64,000 nucleotides of DNA, from positions 1,056,001 through 1,120,000 of the forward strand of contig CBDDDZ010000005.1 in assembly GCA_965226795.1 (NCBI GenBank), written 5' to 3'. This DNA is from Candidatus Latescibacterota bacterium (lineage in GTDB: Bacteria; Latescibacterota; UBA2968; GCA-2709665). Made by a program: the position numbers and the translations under genes. Under the pieces are notes generated by a model. The model was not told where the DNA came from. It worked only from the letters and a program-made list of their open reading frames with translations, and ran no database searches. Of the stretch, positions 45,990-55,700 are shown piece by piece; position 1 is the first letter of the stretch; every line of letters starts with the position of its first letter.

Positions 45990-47297
45990 TTACAACTGTC
46001 TGTTCATTGAATCCAGGAAGGCCTCGTTGTTTCTGGTGCCGGCCATCTTCCCTTTGAGGAACTCCATGGCGTCCAGAGCAGGCATCTGGTTGAGCAGCCG
46101 GCGCAGGATCCAGACCCGGTTGAGTTCTTTCTCATCGAGCAGCAGTTCCTCTTTTCGAGTTCCGGAAAGGGTTACGTCGATCGCGGGATAGATACGTCGG
46201 TTGCTCAGCCGCCGGTCCAGTTTCAGTTCCATGTTGCCGGTACCCTTGAATTCTTCAAAAATGACCTCGTCCATGCGGCTTCCGGTTTCGACAAGGGCCG
46301 TGGAAAGGATGGTCAGACTGCCGCCTTCTTCAATGTTTCGCGCGGCACCGAAGAAACGTTTGGGCCACTGCATGGCGCTGGAATCGAGACCACCGGTCAG
46401 GATGCGTCCGCTGTGGGGGATGACGTTGTTATATGCCCGCGCAAGGCGCGTAATACTGTCCAGCAGGATAACGACATCCTGTTGATGTTCCACCAGGCGC
46501 TTGGCTTTTTCGATGACCATATCCGCCACCTGTACATGCCGCGTCGGAGGTTCATCGAATGTGGAACTGATGACTTCACCATTGACGGACCTCAGCATGT
46601 CGGTGACTTCCTCGGGACGTTCGTCTATCAGGAGAACAATGAGATTGACTTCGGGGTGGTTCGCGGTGATTGCGTTGGCTATTTTCTGAAGCAACATGGT
46701 CTTGCCGGTAAAGGGAGGGGCGACTATCATTCCGCGCTGACCCTTGCCGATGGGGGTGAGCAGGTTCATGATTCGTGTTGAAAAGTCGTTCGCATCGTAT
46801 TCCAGTTTCATGCGTTGCCGGGGATGCAGCGGGGTGAGGTTGTCGAAAAGGGTTTTCTGTTTGGCCAGTTCCGGATCTTCGAAGTTCACAGCTTCAACCC
46901 GAATGAGCGCGAAATACTTCTCGTCGTTCTTGGGTGGGCGAATCTGTCCGGAAATGGTGTCGCCCCTGCGAAGATTGAAGCGTTTGATCTGCGAATGCGA
47001 GACGTAGATGTCGTCCGGACCGGGGAGATAATTGTAATTGGGCGATCGGAGGAAACCGAATCCGTCTTCCAGGATTTCCAGTACGCCTTTGGCCAATATG
47101 AATCCATTCTTCGCGGTCTGCGCCTGAATGATCGAGAAAATCAACTCCTGTTTTCTCAGGCTTCCATAACCCTGGATCTCAAGGCCCTGGGCCAACCTTG
47201 CAAGTTCCGCAACGGTCAATTTCTGGAGTTCCAGTATATCTACGCCACTTGCCCGAGGTAGAGACTTTGGAATTTCTCTGGTCGTTTCGGTTGCCAT
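45990..47297 (-). CDS. rho: Transcription termination factor Rho
   Basis: [33 protein letters not shown]. Confidence 0.98.
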   Translation of the reverse strand: MATETTREIPKSLPRASGVDILELQKLTVAELARLAQGLEIQGYGSLRKQELIFSIIQAQTAKNGFILAKGVLEILEDGFGFLRSPNYNYLPGPDDIYVSHSQIKRFNLRRGDTISGQIRPPKNDEKYFALIRVEAVNFEDPELAKQKTLFDNLTPLHPRQRMKLEYDANDFSTRIMNLLTPIGKGQRGMIVAPPFTGKTMLLQKIANAITANHPEVNLIVLLIDERPEEVTDMLRSVNGEVISSTFDEPPTRHVQVADMVIEKAKRLVEHQQDVVILLDSITRLARAYNNVIPHSGRILTGGLDSSAMQWPKRFFGAARNIEEGGSLTILSTALVETGSRMDEVIFEEFKGTGNMELKLDRRLSNRRIYPAIDVTLSGTRKEELLLDEKELNRVWILRRLLNQMPALDAMEFLKGKMAGTRNNEAFLDSMNRQL

Positions 47298-47541
47298 TGG
47301 CAGATCCAATTCGTTGAAGTTACGGAGTGATCGATACAGGTAGTCAATCTCTCATGAATTCCGGCCGAAACTCAGGGAGCCGGAGGGAACGGCGGAAAAG
47401 CAGATCGGATGGAATTGTCGTTGTCGGGCAAAAAGGGAGTAAATCGAGGAAGTTTGTGTATCTAAAAGATGCCTTAGAGCGAGGGGCCGTCTGTATGTGT
47501 GCGGTAAAATAGCGGGAAGGAAGCGAAAAAATTACACTGAA

Positions 47542-47570
47542 AAAATAATTCAAGAGGTGTGTGTTGTCAA
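47542..47570 (-). promoter_or_regulatory. rho sigma70 promoter
   Basis: TTGACA-17 bp-TATTTT with an upstream A-rich tract. Confidence 0.65.
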
Positions 47571-48011
47571 GTTTTTTCTTTATTTTTCCGGAAGATAGAG
47601 AAAATGTCATTCGATCGTAACGTCGGATCGATCCCAAATTCCGGCACTTTAAAGGAACAAAAAACCAGTTCCACCGGGCTCCTCGCCTGCGACCTCCCGG
47701 TCATAGCGGCTGCCCATGTGTCGGTGCTGTACCGGGCGTGCACTTCCCTGCAATCAGCATAGATCAGAGTCCGGATCAGGCACGGATGACCCATCGTCGA
47801 CTCTCCTGCATAACGAAACCAGTGATTGCTTTAAGTCATTTTCGCAGAGTATGTTCTGCGTTCAAGGTGCCGGGCTTGGGTGAGGGTATCCCCCAAGTAG
47901 TGCCGGATCGGCAACCAGGCGAATTGCGGATTTCGGCTGGAGAATCGGGCTTGCCTTTTACGGATGGGTTGCATAGGTTAGACGGGACCGCATGTGACCG
48001 GGAGAGCCATC

Positions 48012-49085
48012 ATGCCGAAATCTGCCGCGGAATACAGCGCCGCTCTGCTGGAGGGTTTAAACGAGGGCGTTATTGCGTTCGACCGCCACCGGTCGGCCGT
48101 GTTGGCCAACGGGGCATCGATTCGCCTGCTGGGACTGGCGGGACCCGAGGTGATCGGACGGGATGCCGACAAGCTCTTTGCCGGACATCCGGCACTGCTG
48201 AAAATACTGGAGGCCGGGTTTGGAGGTAAACTGTATTCGGAACCCAAAGACCTGATGATTCAGCAGGAAGAGGGTGGGATGCGTCGATTGGGCGCCACCA
48301 CGTCGTATCTGCAAGCTGATGCAAGACAGGGCGTGGTTCTGGTTGTACAGGACGTCTCGGCCCTGAAGCGGATGGAGAGGGAGATGTACCAGGCGGCCAA
48401 AATGAGCGCGCTCGGACGCCTGGCTGCATCCGTCGCACACGAGGTCCGGAACCCCTTGGGCGCGGTCGATATCCAGTTACAACTTCTGGAAGACGATCTG
48501 AGGGACGTCGAACGGGGATTGCGGGGCCGTGTTTATCACAGGCTCAATGTCGCACAGATGGAAATCAAGCGGCTCGACCGGATCGTTCATAATTTCCTGA
48601 GGTTCTCCAGAACGCCGAGGCTGGATCTACAGCGTATAAGCTTGAACGACGTCGTTCGGCATGTCTTCGACCTGGTCTCCCCGGAAGCCCGCGAGCGGGG
48701 CATTCGACTGATGCTGGATCTCGTTGACGGTCTTCCAGCGGTGGATGGAGATGAAAGCCAGTTAGGCCAGGCCGTCTTGAACATGACGGTTAACGCGTTC
48801 CAGGCCATGGAATCCGGTGGAGATCTCTGCGCACGAACATGGACGGATTCCGACGGCAACCAGGTCATTCTGTCGATTTCGGATACCGGCTTCGGGATTC
48901 CAGATGAGGAAATCGATCGAGTATTCGAGTTCTATTATACAACTCGTGATGAAGGAACGGGCCTCGGTCTATCCATCGCACAACATATCATCTATCAGCA
49001 CCGGGGGCACATCGAGGTGGAGAGCGAAACGGGCAAGGGAACCGTGTTCAGGATTCATATGCCGGCCGCCGAGACTTCGCATTAG
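48012..49085 (+). CDS. Cytoplasmic PAS-domain sensor histidine kinase (NtrB/AtoS-like)
   Basis: PAS domain, H-box AHEVRNPL, N box, DTGFGI, GTGLGL; no TM segment. Confidence 0.93.
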   Translation: MPKSAAEYSAALLEGLNEGVIAFDRHRSAVLANGASIRLLGLAGPEVIGRDADKLFAGHPALLKILEAGFGGKLYSEPKDLMIQQEEGGMRRLGATTSYLQADARQGVVLVVQDVSALKRMEREMYQAAKMSALGRLAASVAHEVRNPLGAVDIQLQLLEDDLRDVERGLRGRVYHRLNVAQMEIKRLDRIVHNFLRFSRTPRLDLQRISLNDVVRHVFDLVSPEARERGIRLMLDLVDGLPAVDGDESQLGQAVLNMTVNAFQAMESGGDLCARTWTDSDGNQVILSISDTGFGIPDEEIDRVFEFYYTTRDEGTGLGLSIAQHIIYQHRGHIEVESETGKGTVFRIHMPAAETSH

Positions 49086-49250
49086 CGGTCCGGCCGACGG
49101 ACCGATGCCGTTTCGCTGAAACCCCTGTACTGGTCATCTTGACCTCCCGCGAATTCATTCAACGCACATACATCCCGCGCGTCATGCCATCGGCGCCAGG
49201 ATGGTTACGGCCCCTGCGACCTGATATGATGCGAGCGTGGACGGAGCGAA

Positions 49251-50606
49251 ATGAAAACAAAAGATATCCGGATCTTTGTGGCCGACGACGAGTACCACAT
49301 ATGTGAAGGGTTAAAGGAGTCGTTGCAGAACGTCGGATATTCGGTCGATGTCGCCTATGACGGCGTCAAGGCGGCCGAACATCTGAACGCCCGGGTCTAC
49401 CACGCGGCCATTCTGGATTTGAAGATGCCGGGAATCGACGGTATTTCCCTGCTGAGGCGGCTGAAAAAAACCAGTCCCGACACCGGCGTTATCATTATTA
49501 CAGCCTTTGGTGACGTCTCCACGGCAGTTGATGCAATGCGCATGGGTGCGTATGATTATCTGGCGAAACCGGTGGATCTCAAACGGCTGCATCTGTCCTT
49601 ACAACGCCTGTTGGAACATCAGGCTCTGGTTGCTGAGAACAAGGAGCTTCGGGCCTGGCTGGGTTCGACCGAGGCCTTTGGACAGATCGTTCACCGGAGT
49701 CCCGCCATGCAGCAGGTCTGCGACACGCTGGCGCAGGCCGCAATGACCGATGTGCCGGTTCTGGTGACGGGCGATACCGGCACAGGCAAGGAGCTTGTTG
49801 CCCGGGCGATCCATCAGCGAAGCAGCCGCCACGACGGTCCCCTCGTCGCGGTGAATTGCGGAGCCATTCCGGAAACGTTGTTCGAACGCGAGCTGTTCGG
49901 GCATATCAAGGGTGCGTTTACGGGCGCACACGCCGACAAGCCAGGCCGGTTTGCCGCTGCGGAGGCCGGTACATTGTTCCTGGATGAAGTGGGTGAGATT
50001 CCACTGGCGAATCAGGTGGACCTCCTGCGCGTTCTGGAGGAGAAGGTGTACACGCCAGTTGGCAGCAACTTGCCGAGAAAAGCCGACGTGCGGATCATTT
50101 TTGCCACCAATAGAAACCTGGAGTTGGAAATCAGGGAGGGACGATTCCGGGAAGATCTGTATTACAGGATCAACGTCGTTCCCATTCGACTTCCGCTATT
50201 GAAGGAACGCAAGGAGGATATTCCCCTGCTCGTGGAAACCTTTCTGGATGAACTCTGCACGCTGCATCAAAAGTCCAGGAAGCAGTTCACCCCCGATGCG
50301 ATGCGGATGATACTGGATTACGCGTGGCCAGGAAACGTCCGAGAGTTAAAAAACACGGTGGAACGAATCGTGGTGACGTGTTCGGAGACAGAGGTCCGTA
50401 CCGAACCCCTCCCCTCGGGCATCCGTGCGTCCGCCCCGGTTCCGCGGGATCTTGTGATTCCATTGAATTCCTCCATTGAGGACGTGGAACGCCTGTTAAT
50501 CGAAAACACGCTGACGCACGTAACGTCCAACCGGAAGGAAGCCGCACGCGTGCTGGGTATCAGCGTGCGGGCGCTGCATTACAAGATCAAGAAATACAGC
50601 CTCTAA
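49251..50606 (+). CDS. sigma54-dependent response regulator (NtrC/AtoC family bEBP)
   Basis: REC (DDE, D of LDLKMP, K of AKP), [27 protein letters not shown], Fis HTH. Confidence 0.96.
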   Translation: MKTKDIRIFVADDEYHICEGLKESLQNVGYSVDVAYDGVKAAEHLNARVYHAAILDLKMPGIDGISLLRRLKKTSPDTGVIIITAFGDVSTAVDAMRMGAYDYLAKPVDLKRLHLSLQRLLEHQALVAENKELRAWLGSTEAFGQIVHRSPAMQQVCDTLAQAAMTDVPVLVTGDTGTGKELVARAIHQRSSRHDGPLVAVNCGAIPETLFERELFGHIKGAFTGAHADKPGRFAAAEAGTLFLDEVGEIPLANQVDLLRVLEEKVYTPVGSNLPRKADVRIIFATNRNLELEIREGRFREDLYYRINVVPIRLPLLKERKEDIPLLVETFLDELCTLHQKSRKQFTPDAMRMILDYAWPGNVRELKNTVERIVVTCSETEVRTEPLPSGIRASAPVPRDLVIPLNSSIEDVERLLIENTLTHVTSNRKEAARVLGISVRALHYKIKKYSL

Positions 50607-50642
50607 GCGCACGCGGCGCATTCACACCTCAGTGGCGCCACC

Positions 50643-50688
50643 TGCAATTTTTGCGCTCCGCGCGGGATTTTTGGGTGCAAAATTTGCG
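50643..50688. promoter_or_regulatory. Tandem candidate bEBP upstream activator sites
   Basis: TGCAATTTTTGCG (50643) and TGCAAAATTTGCG (50676), 33 bp apart and about 110-145 bp upstream of the -24/-12 element. Confidence 0.65.
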
Positions 50689-50785
50689 TCAGCAGGAACA
50701 GGAGAGTGGAGATTATGCGCCCGGCGATTGGGATCGTCGGGCGTAAGTGCTTATATAATAATTATCTATACGCGATCTGAGAAAA

Positions 50786-50802
50786 TTGGCATTAAAGTTG
50801 CT
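50786..50802 (+). promoter_or_regulatory. sigma54 (-24/-12) promoter
   Basis: TTGGCATTAAAGTTGCT, with exact GG-N10-GC spacing. Confidence 0.8.
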
Positions 50803-51038
50803 TATAATTTGGTTGACAATACCACGGGATTCGCTAAAACCGCTGAAATTCGTCAAAAGCCGCTATTTTACGGCGAATTTCAAGGGGACGATGCCGAGTT
50901 GACGGCGGTGGTTCGAGCCAAACGCTCTGCAATTATTGCATTTGTAAAAATGCCGAATTTCGATACAGTTACTTCGACGCACGAGAAACCAGACGCATGT
51001 CCGGATCGAACCGATCTCGGAACACTGGCGATATAGGT

Positions 51039-51587
51039 ATGGCGTTCTCAGAGTACTATAATGGCAGTAAATGGAAAACGGACTTTCACGGTGTGGTCGA
51101 TTTCCAGCCTGGTACGATGGTTGAAAGCCTGGAGCCCCGGGATCGGATGGGTGCAATCAAGGCGCTGGTGAACCGGTTGCACGGCGCGGGTTACGTGACC
51201 GACAGTTTGCGGTTTTTGCAATCCGTTCTGGACCGGGAAGACCTGGAGAGTACTGTTGTTGGCAACGGTGTCGCGTTTCCCCATGCCCGATGTCGGTCTG
51301 CCGCGCACCTGGGTATGGCGTTGGGCATTTCACCGTACGGTGTGGATTTTCACTCGGAGACACATCCCGAGCCGGTTCGGCTGATCTGCCTTGTGTCGGT
51401 GCCCGGAGAGGGTGATATCAGATATCTGCCCCTTCTGGGCTACTTGTGCAGGCTTTTCCATGAAGACTTTTTTTCAGCTTTTCTCAAGTCCCGTACGGCC
51501 GAGGAAATGAACTGCCTTCTGTTGCGGCAGATGAGCCGGCATGGGGCTTTGCCGGAGACGTGCAGAGCGCACGCCCCGGCGACGTAG
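51039..51587 (+). CDS. PTS EIIA-2 domain protein (PtsN/EIIA-Ntr/Fru-like)
   Basis: REDLESTVVGNGVAFPHAR with the conserved phospho-His; GVDF…PVRLI. Confidence 0.88.
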   Translation: MAFSEYYNGSKWKTDFHGVVDFQPGTMVESLEPRDRMGAIKALVNRLHGAGYVTDSLRFLQSVLDREDLESTVVGNGVAFPHARCRSAAHLGMALGISPYGVDFHSETHPEPVRLICLVSVPGEGDIRYLPLLGYLCRLFHEDFFSAFLKSRTAEEMNCLLLRQMSRHGALPETCRAHAPAT

Positions 51588-51626
51588 ACGTGCGTAACGC
51601 ATATTTATTTTGTGGAGGTCGGACAC

Positions 51627-52478
51627 GTGGCCGGAATATTGATACAGGATAGCGAATCTCTGGATCTCTATCTGAGGGATATCTCTTCATCGGAGCCGCT
51701 TACTGCCGAGACAGAGATTGCACTCGCGCACCGGATCCGGAAGGGAGACCAGCGGGCCAGGGACAAGCTGGTTGCTTCGAATCTCCGTTTTGTCGTTAGT
51801 GTCGCCCGGGAATACCAGAACCATGGCGTGCCTTTGGCCGATCTTATCAGTGCGGGAAACATGGGTCTGATGACGGCCGCCGAACGATTTGACGGGACGC
51901 GGGGATTCAAGTTTATTTCCTATGCGGTCTGGTGGATCCGTCAGGCTATTCATCAAAGTCTGGCGCAGGATTCGCGCGTTGTGCGGTTGCCCATAAACCG
52001 GATCGATCTTTTGCACAATATTGCGAAGGTGTCGCGAGAGATTCGCCAGTCGGAAGAGGCCGATCCGGATCCTGAGACAATTGCGGAAAAGCTCGGCGTT
52101 TCGGTGGACATGGTGCAGGATACACTTCTCAGGGCGCGCGACGTATGGTCGCTTGATGCGTCGTTCAAGGACGACGACGACCACAGCCTGCTTCATATCC
52201 TGGCCGATAGCTCTCAAAAAGCGCCGGACCTGGATGTGGTCGACGAGTCGGTGAAGGATCAGGTCAGGATGGTCCTGGATACGCTCGACGCGAGGGAAGC
52301 GGAAGTGTTGAGGCTTTATTTCGGGTTGGGCGACGACGAAGCGATGACCCTGGAGGAAATCGGCACCCGGTTCAGCCTCACCAGGGAACGGGTTCGGCAG
52401 ATTAAGGAAAAGGCCCTCCGACGACTTCGCCATCCGCGCCGACGTCTGCAACTCGAGCCGCTGTTGGAGTCGGCATAG
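51627..52478 (+). CDS. sigma70 RpoD/SigA-family factor lacking region 1.1 (probably an alternative sigma)
   Basis: LDLYLRDI, NLRFVVSVA, GFKFISYAVWWIRQ, TLEEIG…TRERVRQI; GTG start after GGAGG. Confidence 0.93.
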   Translation: MAGILIQDSESLDLYLRDISSSEPLTAETEIALAHRIRKGDQRARDKLVASNLRFVVSVAREYQNHGVPLADLISAGNMGLMTAAERFDGTRGFKFISYAVWWIRQAIHQSLAQDSRVVRLPINRIDLLHNIAKVSREIRQSEEADPDPETIAEKLGVSVDMVQDTLLRARDVWSLDASFKDDDDHSLLHILADSSQKAPDLDVVDESVKDQVRMVLDTLDAREAEVLRLYFGLGDDEAMTLEEIGTRFSLTRERVRQIKEKALRRLRHPRRRLQLEPLLESA

Positions 52479-52741
52479 GGCCGGGCCGGCCGATTGCCAG
52501 GGCCGCATCTGCTCGATCCTGGCCGCACGGCCGCGCCGACTCTGGTTGGGATCCCATGGGGCGGAGACCGAAAATGGTCTCCGCCTTTGTTCTGGTGCGC
52601 TACGTGTGCCAACGGCGGGCTGTTTCCGGTATCGCCGTAGGAAACCCGGGCAAGGATCCGGCTCCAAACCCTCTTTTCGTGAAAATTGAACGATTATATC
52701 GAAAAACGCCCTGTCTTTTCTGTCGCAGGGTATCGGCGTAC

Positions 52742-52771
52742 TTGACAAATTCCCACAATCAGTCCTATATT
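52742..52771 (+). promoter_or_regulatory. HU gene promoter
   Basis: TTGACA-18 bp-TATATT. Confidence 0.6.
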
Positions 52772-52803
52772 CAGGGAAAATTCCGGAAAGGGGGTGAATT
52801 GCC

Positions 52804-53079
52804 ATGTCGAACAGGACCGATATAGTCGATGCGGTTGCCAATCAGGCCGGTCTGTCAAAAAGGAATGCGGAATCCGCACTGCGTGTCGTTCTGAATGAAA
52901 TCGCCGATTCGCTTAAAAACGGCGAACGTGTCGCGATTTCAGGTTTCGGTACGTTTTCAGTTGGAACCAGGGCCGCACGGACCGGTCGAAATCCTCAGAC
53001 GGGTGAGACTATTCAGATTACCGCGGGAAAGACCGTTCGTTTCAGAGCTGGCAAGGCGCTTAAGGACGCTGTCAATTGA
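52804..53079 (+). CDS. hup: HU family DNA-binding protein
   Basis: GFGTF, RTGRNPQTGE, FRAGKALKDAV. Confidence 0.96.
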   Translation: MSNRTDIVDAVANQAGLSKRNAESALRVVLNEIADSLKNGERVAISGFGTFSVGTRAARTGRNPQTGETIQITAGKTVRFRAGKALKDAVN

Positions 53080-53105
53080 CCCAATAGAATCAAATTTTCC
53101 CAAGG

Positions 53106-53140
53106 AGCCTCGACAGCACCACACGATCGAGGCTTTTTTT
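53106..53140 (+). terminator. Intrinsic terminator after hup
   Basis: AGCCTCGA/TCGAGGCT stem followed by a T tract. Confidence 0.8.
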
Positions 53141-53141
53141 C

Positions 53142-53170
53142 TTGACATAGCCCAATCCCCGGAATATACT
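53142..53170 (+). promoter_or_regulatory. sigma70 promoter
   Basis: TTGACA-17 bp-TATACT. Confidence 0.7.
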
Positions 53171-53244
53171 GTTCCGCGTGTAACGCGGGCGGGGCGTTCA
53201 GCGACGTCCGTCCTGACGCCTCGATGGACCTTATGGAGACAGGG

Positions 53245-53763
53245 ATGAATGGCCGATTGATGTTCGTTTTCTTGATGGTGAGCTCGGCGTTTACTCAGGG
53301 CTGTAGCGACCGTCTTGCGCAGATGCAGGAGCAGCTTGCAGGCACCTGGGAATTGGAGTCCCGATTGCTGCCGGATGGGACGGTGCTTCGACAACCCGAC
53401 GTCTCGGGCGTGTTCTCGTGGCAGCCGATCGATTCGCGGAAAGCCCACGTGACCCTGAACCTGCTGGTCGACGCGGGCGACGAAAAACCCAGGACATTTG
53501 AGTTTGCCGCAAGCAAGTACGAGATCTCCACCTCTGCGATCACGCGTTCCCGGTATCTGCTCATCCGACAGGGTTATCGCTCGTCATCCGAAGCGCCGAT
53601 CACGATATATCACAAGGCCAAGGTCGAAAAGGGTAAGATTACGCTGGAAGACGGTCTGATTCGCATCACGCACGAGCGAGGGTACAGCGAGGAGTTCAGG
53701 GGTGATCAGATGGTCGGATCGTTTCCCGATGTATTCGTGGATACCTGGAAGCGGGTGCGGTAG
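53245..53763 (+). CDS. Hypothetical lipoprotein, lipocalin-like beta barrel
   Basis: Lipobox TQGC; LAGTWELES GxW motif; C-terminal TWKRV. Confidence 0.7.
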   Translation: MNGRLMFVFLMVSSAFTQGCSDRLAQMQEQLAGTWELESRLLPDGTVLRQPDVSGVFSWQPIDSRKAHVTLNLLVDAGDEKPRTFEFAASKYEISTSAITRSRYLLIRQGYRSSSEAPITIYHKAKVEKGKITLEDGLIRITHERGYSEEFRGDQMVGSFPDVFVDTWKRVR

Positions 53764-53966
53764 CGTGTGTAGAAACAGCACCGAAAACGCCTGGCCGGGG
53801 TGCTTTGCGTCGCCGAAGTGTACATAAACAGCGGTGTGCAGTTTCCTGACTCCGCGCCGCGGGGTCTTGGCGCCTTTCGATAGCAAAGCGTCGTGAATTC
53901 CCATCAGGCGTGTTGGACTCCCGATGAATGAACGTCGTTCGAATCGCAATGGAACCGGAAATGAGA

Positions 53967-53998
53967 AAGGCCGGACAATTTCCCGAGCCTTTTTTTTT
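53967..53998 (+). terminator. Intrinsic terminator
   Basis: AAGGCCGG…CCGAGCCTT followed by T9. Confidence 0.65.
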
Positions 53999-54262
53999 GT
54001 TCATTTCCGCGGACTCGGACGACCTGCGCCGCGTCAGGTCGCAACGCGCCCGCCCGCCCCGGACGGTTGTGTTTTGCGCTCGCGGAGGGTATCTTAGGTG
54101 CATGTTCCGGAACGTGGAAAAGGGTGAAGTATGCCGACGTTGCCTTGGAATCCGAATTAAAATGGGGCGGTCTCTGTCGCGGTCGTGGCGGATGTGACGT
54201 TTGCCCTCTTCGACCGGGCCGGAGATGCGGCAGACGATGCCGAAGCCGAGAGGAGACTCAAT

Positions 54263-55684
54263 ATGGCGGGTCTATTTGAGCCACTGAAAGACTTTGAAGT
54301 CAGAAAGATGCCGGAGCGGAAGCCGTCTTTCTGGAAACTGGCCGGACCTGGCGCAATTCTGGTGGGGCTTTCAATCGGTGCGGGTGAGATCGTTATCTGG
54401 CCACGCATCGTAGCGGAATACGGTGCCAGTATGGTATGGGCCGCATGCGTCGGCATTTTTCTCCAGCTCTGGATCAACTTTGAAGTGGGGCGGTGGACTG
54501 TTGCCACGGGCGAAACGGTATATACGGGATACAGCCGCGTATGGCGTGGATTCGCTCCCGTGTTTATCCTGCTGACGATATTCAGCTGGATCGCGCCGGG
54601 GTGGGGCCGCGCTTCCGGACTGGCTTTGAAGGCGCTGCTGGTGGGGCCGTATGGATGGGGCTCGGACACGTTCTGGACGGTAATCACCTTCGCGGGTGTG
54701 GCCCTGATTCTATTCGGGCCGAAGTTGATTTACCAATCCGTCGAGCGAAGCATTGAACTGCTCGTGGTGGTGGTGACAATCGGCCTGATTGTGGTCGCGT
54801 ACGCGGTTGGATCGGCGGAGACCTGGGCATCGCTGGGGAGAGGGGTCGCCAATGTCGGTTACATCGATCCGGGAATGAGTGTGAAGGCGATGTTCATCGC
54901 CCTTGTATTTGCAGGAGCCGGTGGTACGGCTAATCTCTTCTATACGTTTTACTTGCGCGATAAACATATCGGGATGGGCGCGCATCTGCCCAAAATGCGG
55001 AATCCGCTTCGAGGGCAGACCGAGGCGATGCCCTACACCGGATTTCGTTTTGAGGAGACGGAAGAGAATGTCGGTCATTTCAGGGGCTGGTTCGACTATG
55101 TAAAAAAAGATCAGATGCTGTTTTTCTGGGCTTTGAATTCCGTAACCATTTTGCTTTTTATTTTTGCTGCGCTTGCGGTTCTGCATCCGAATGGGATCGT
55201 ACCCGCCGGAGGTACGCTGATCTGGGACGAAGCCGAGGTTCTGGCAACGGTTTGGGGAGAGTCGGGTAGATATGTCTTTCTGATTGTGGGACTGGCCACA
55301 CTGTTCAGTACGCAGCTTGCTCTGGTCGACGGGGTATCGCGATCGATCGCCGACATGGTTTACACCAATTTCAAAGGGGCACGGAAGCGGGACTTAAGCT
55401 GGTGGTATCTGGTCGTGGCGGTAACATGGATCGTGGCCGGTTGCGCAATTACGTATGTGATGGAAGCCCGCGGGGTGAGTGAATTGGGATTCCTGTTCAA
55501 CGCCGCCTATATTGGCGGATTTGCAATGGCGCTTTATACGCCTCTGACTCTCTACATCAACCATCGTCACCTGCCCGCGGCCGCCCGGCCTGGATGGGTG
55601 TGCACCGTGATGATGGGAATTGCATCGCTCGTATATATCGCATTTGCCGTGGCGTGTGTGATCTGGGAATTCGGGCGGATCTGA
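54263..55684 (+). CDS. Nramp/APC-fold transporter (divergent, GAGE motif instead of DPGN)
   Basis: GPGAILVGLSIGAGE, EVGRWTVATGET, about 11 TM segments; AGGAG SD. Confidence 0.85.
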   Translation: MAGLFEPLKDFEVRKMPERKPSFWKLAGPGAILVGLSIGAGEIVIWPRIVAEYGASMVWAACVGIFLQLWINFEVGRWTVATGETVYTGYSRVWRGFAPVFILLTIFSWIAPGWGRASGLALKALLVGPYGWGSDTFWTVITFAGVALILFGPKLIYQSVERSIELLVVVVTIGLIVVAYAVGSAETWASLGRGVANVGYIDPGMSVKAMFIALVFAGAGGTANLFYTFYLRDKHIGMGAHLPKMRNPLRGQTEAMPYTGFRFEETEENVGHFRGWFDYVKKDQMLFFWALNSVTILLFIFAALAVLHPNGIVPAGGTLIWDEAEVLATVWGESGRYVFLIVGLATLFSTQLALVDGVSRSIADMVYTNFKGARKRDLSWWYLVVAVTWIVAGCAITYVMEARGVSELGFLFNAAYIGGFAMALYTPLTLYINHRHLPAAARPGWVCTVMMGIASLVYIAFAVACVIWEFGRI

Positions 55685-55700
55685 GGAGGAAGCCTAGAGC

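Noticed and set aside
47738..48229. 163-aa ORF upstream of the kinase
   Set aside because: It overlaps the kinase out of frame, has no SD and no recognisable composition.
50632..51036. 134-aa ORF between the regulator and the EIIA gene
   Set aside because: It spans the UAS and sigma54 promoter in AT-rich DNA, which is better explained as regulatory sequence.
53764..54262. yybP-ykoY Mn riboswitch before the Nramp-like gene
   Set aside because: The GGGGAGUA and CGAGAC consensus elements were not found.
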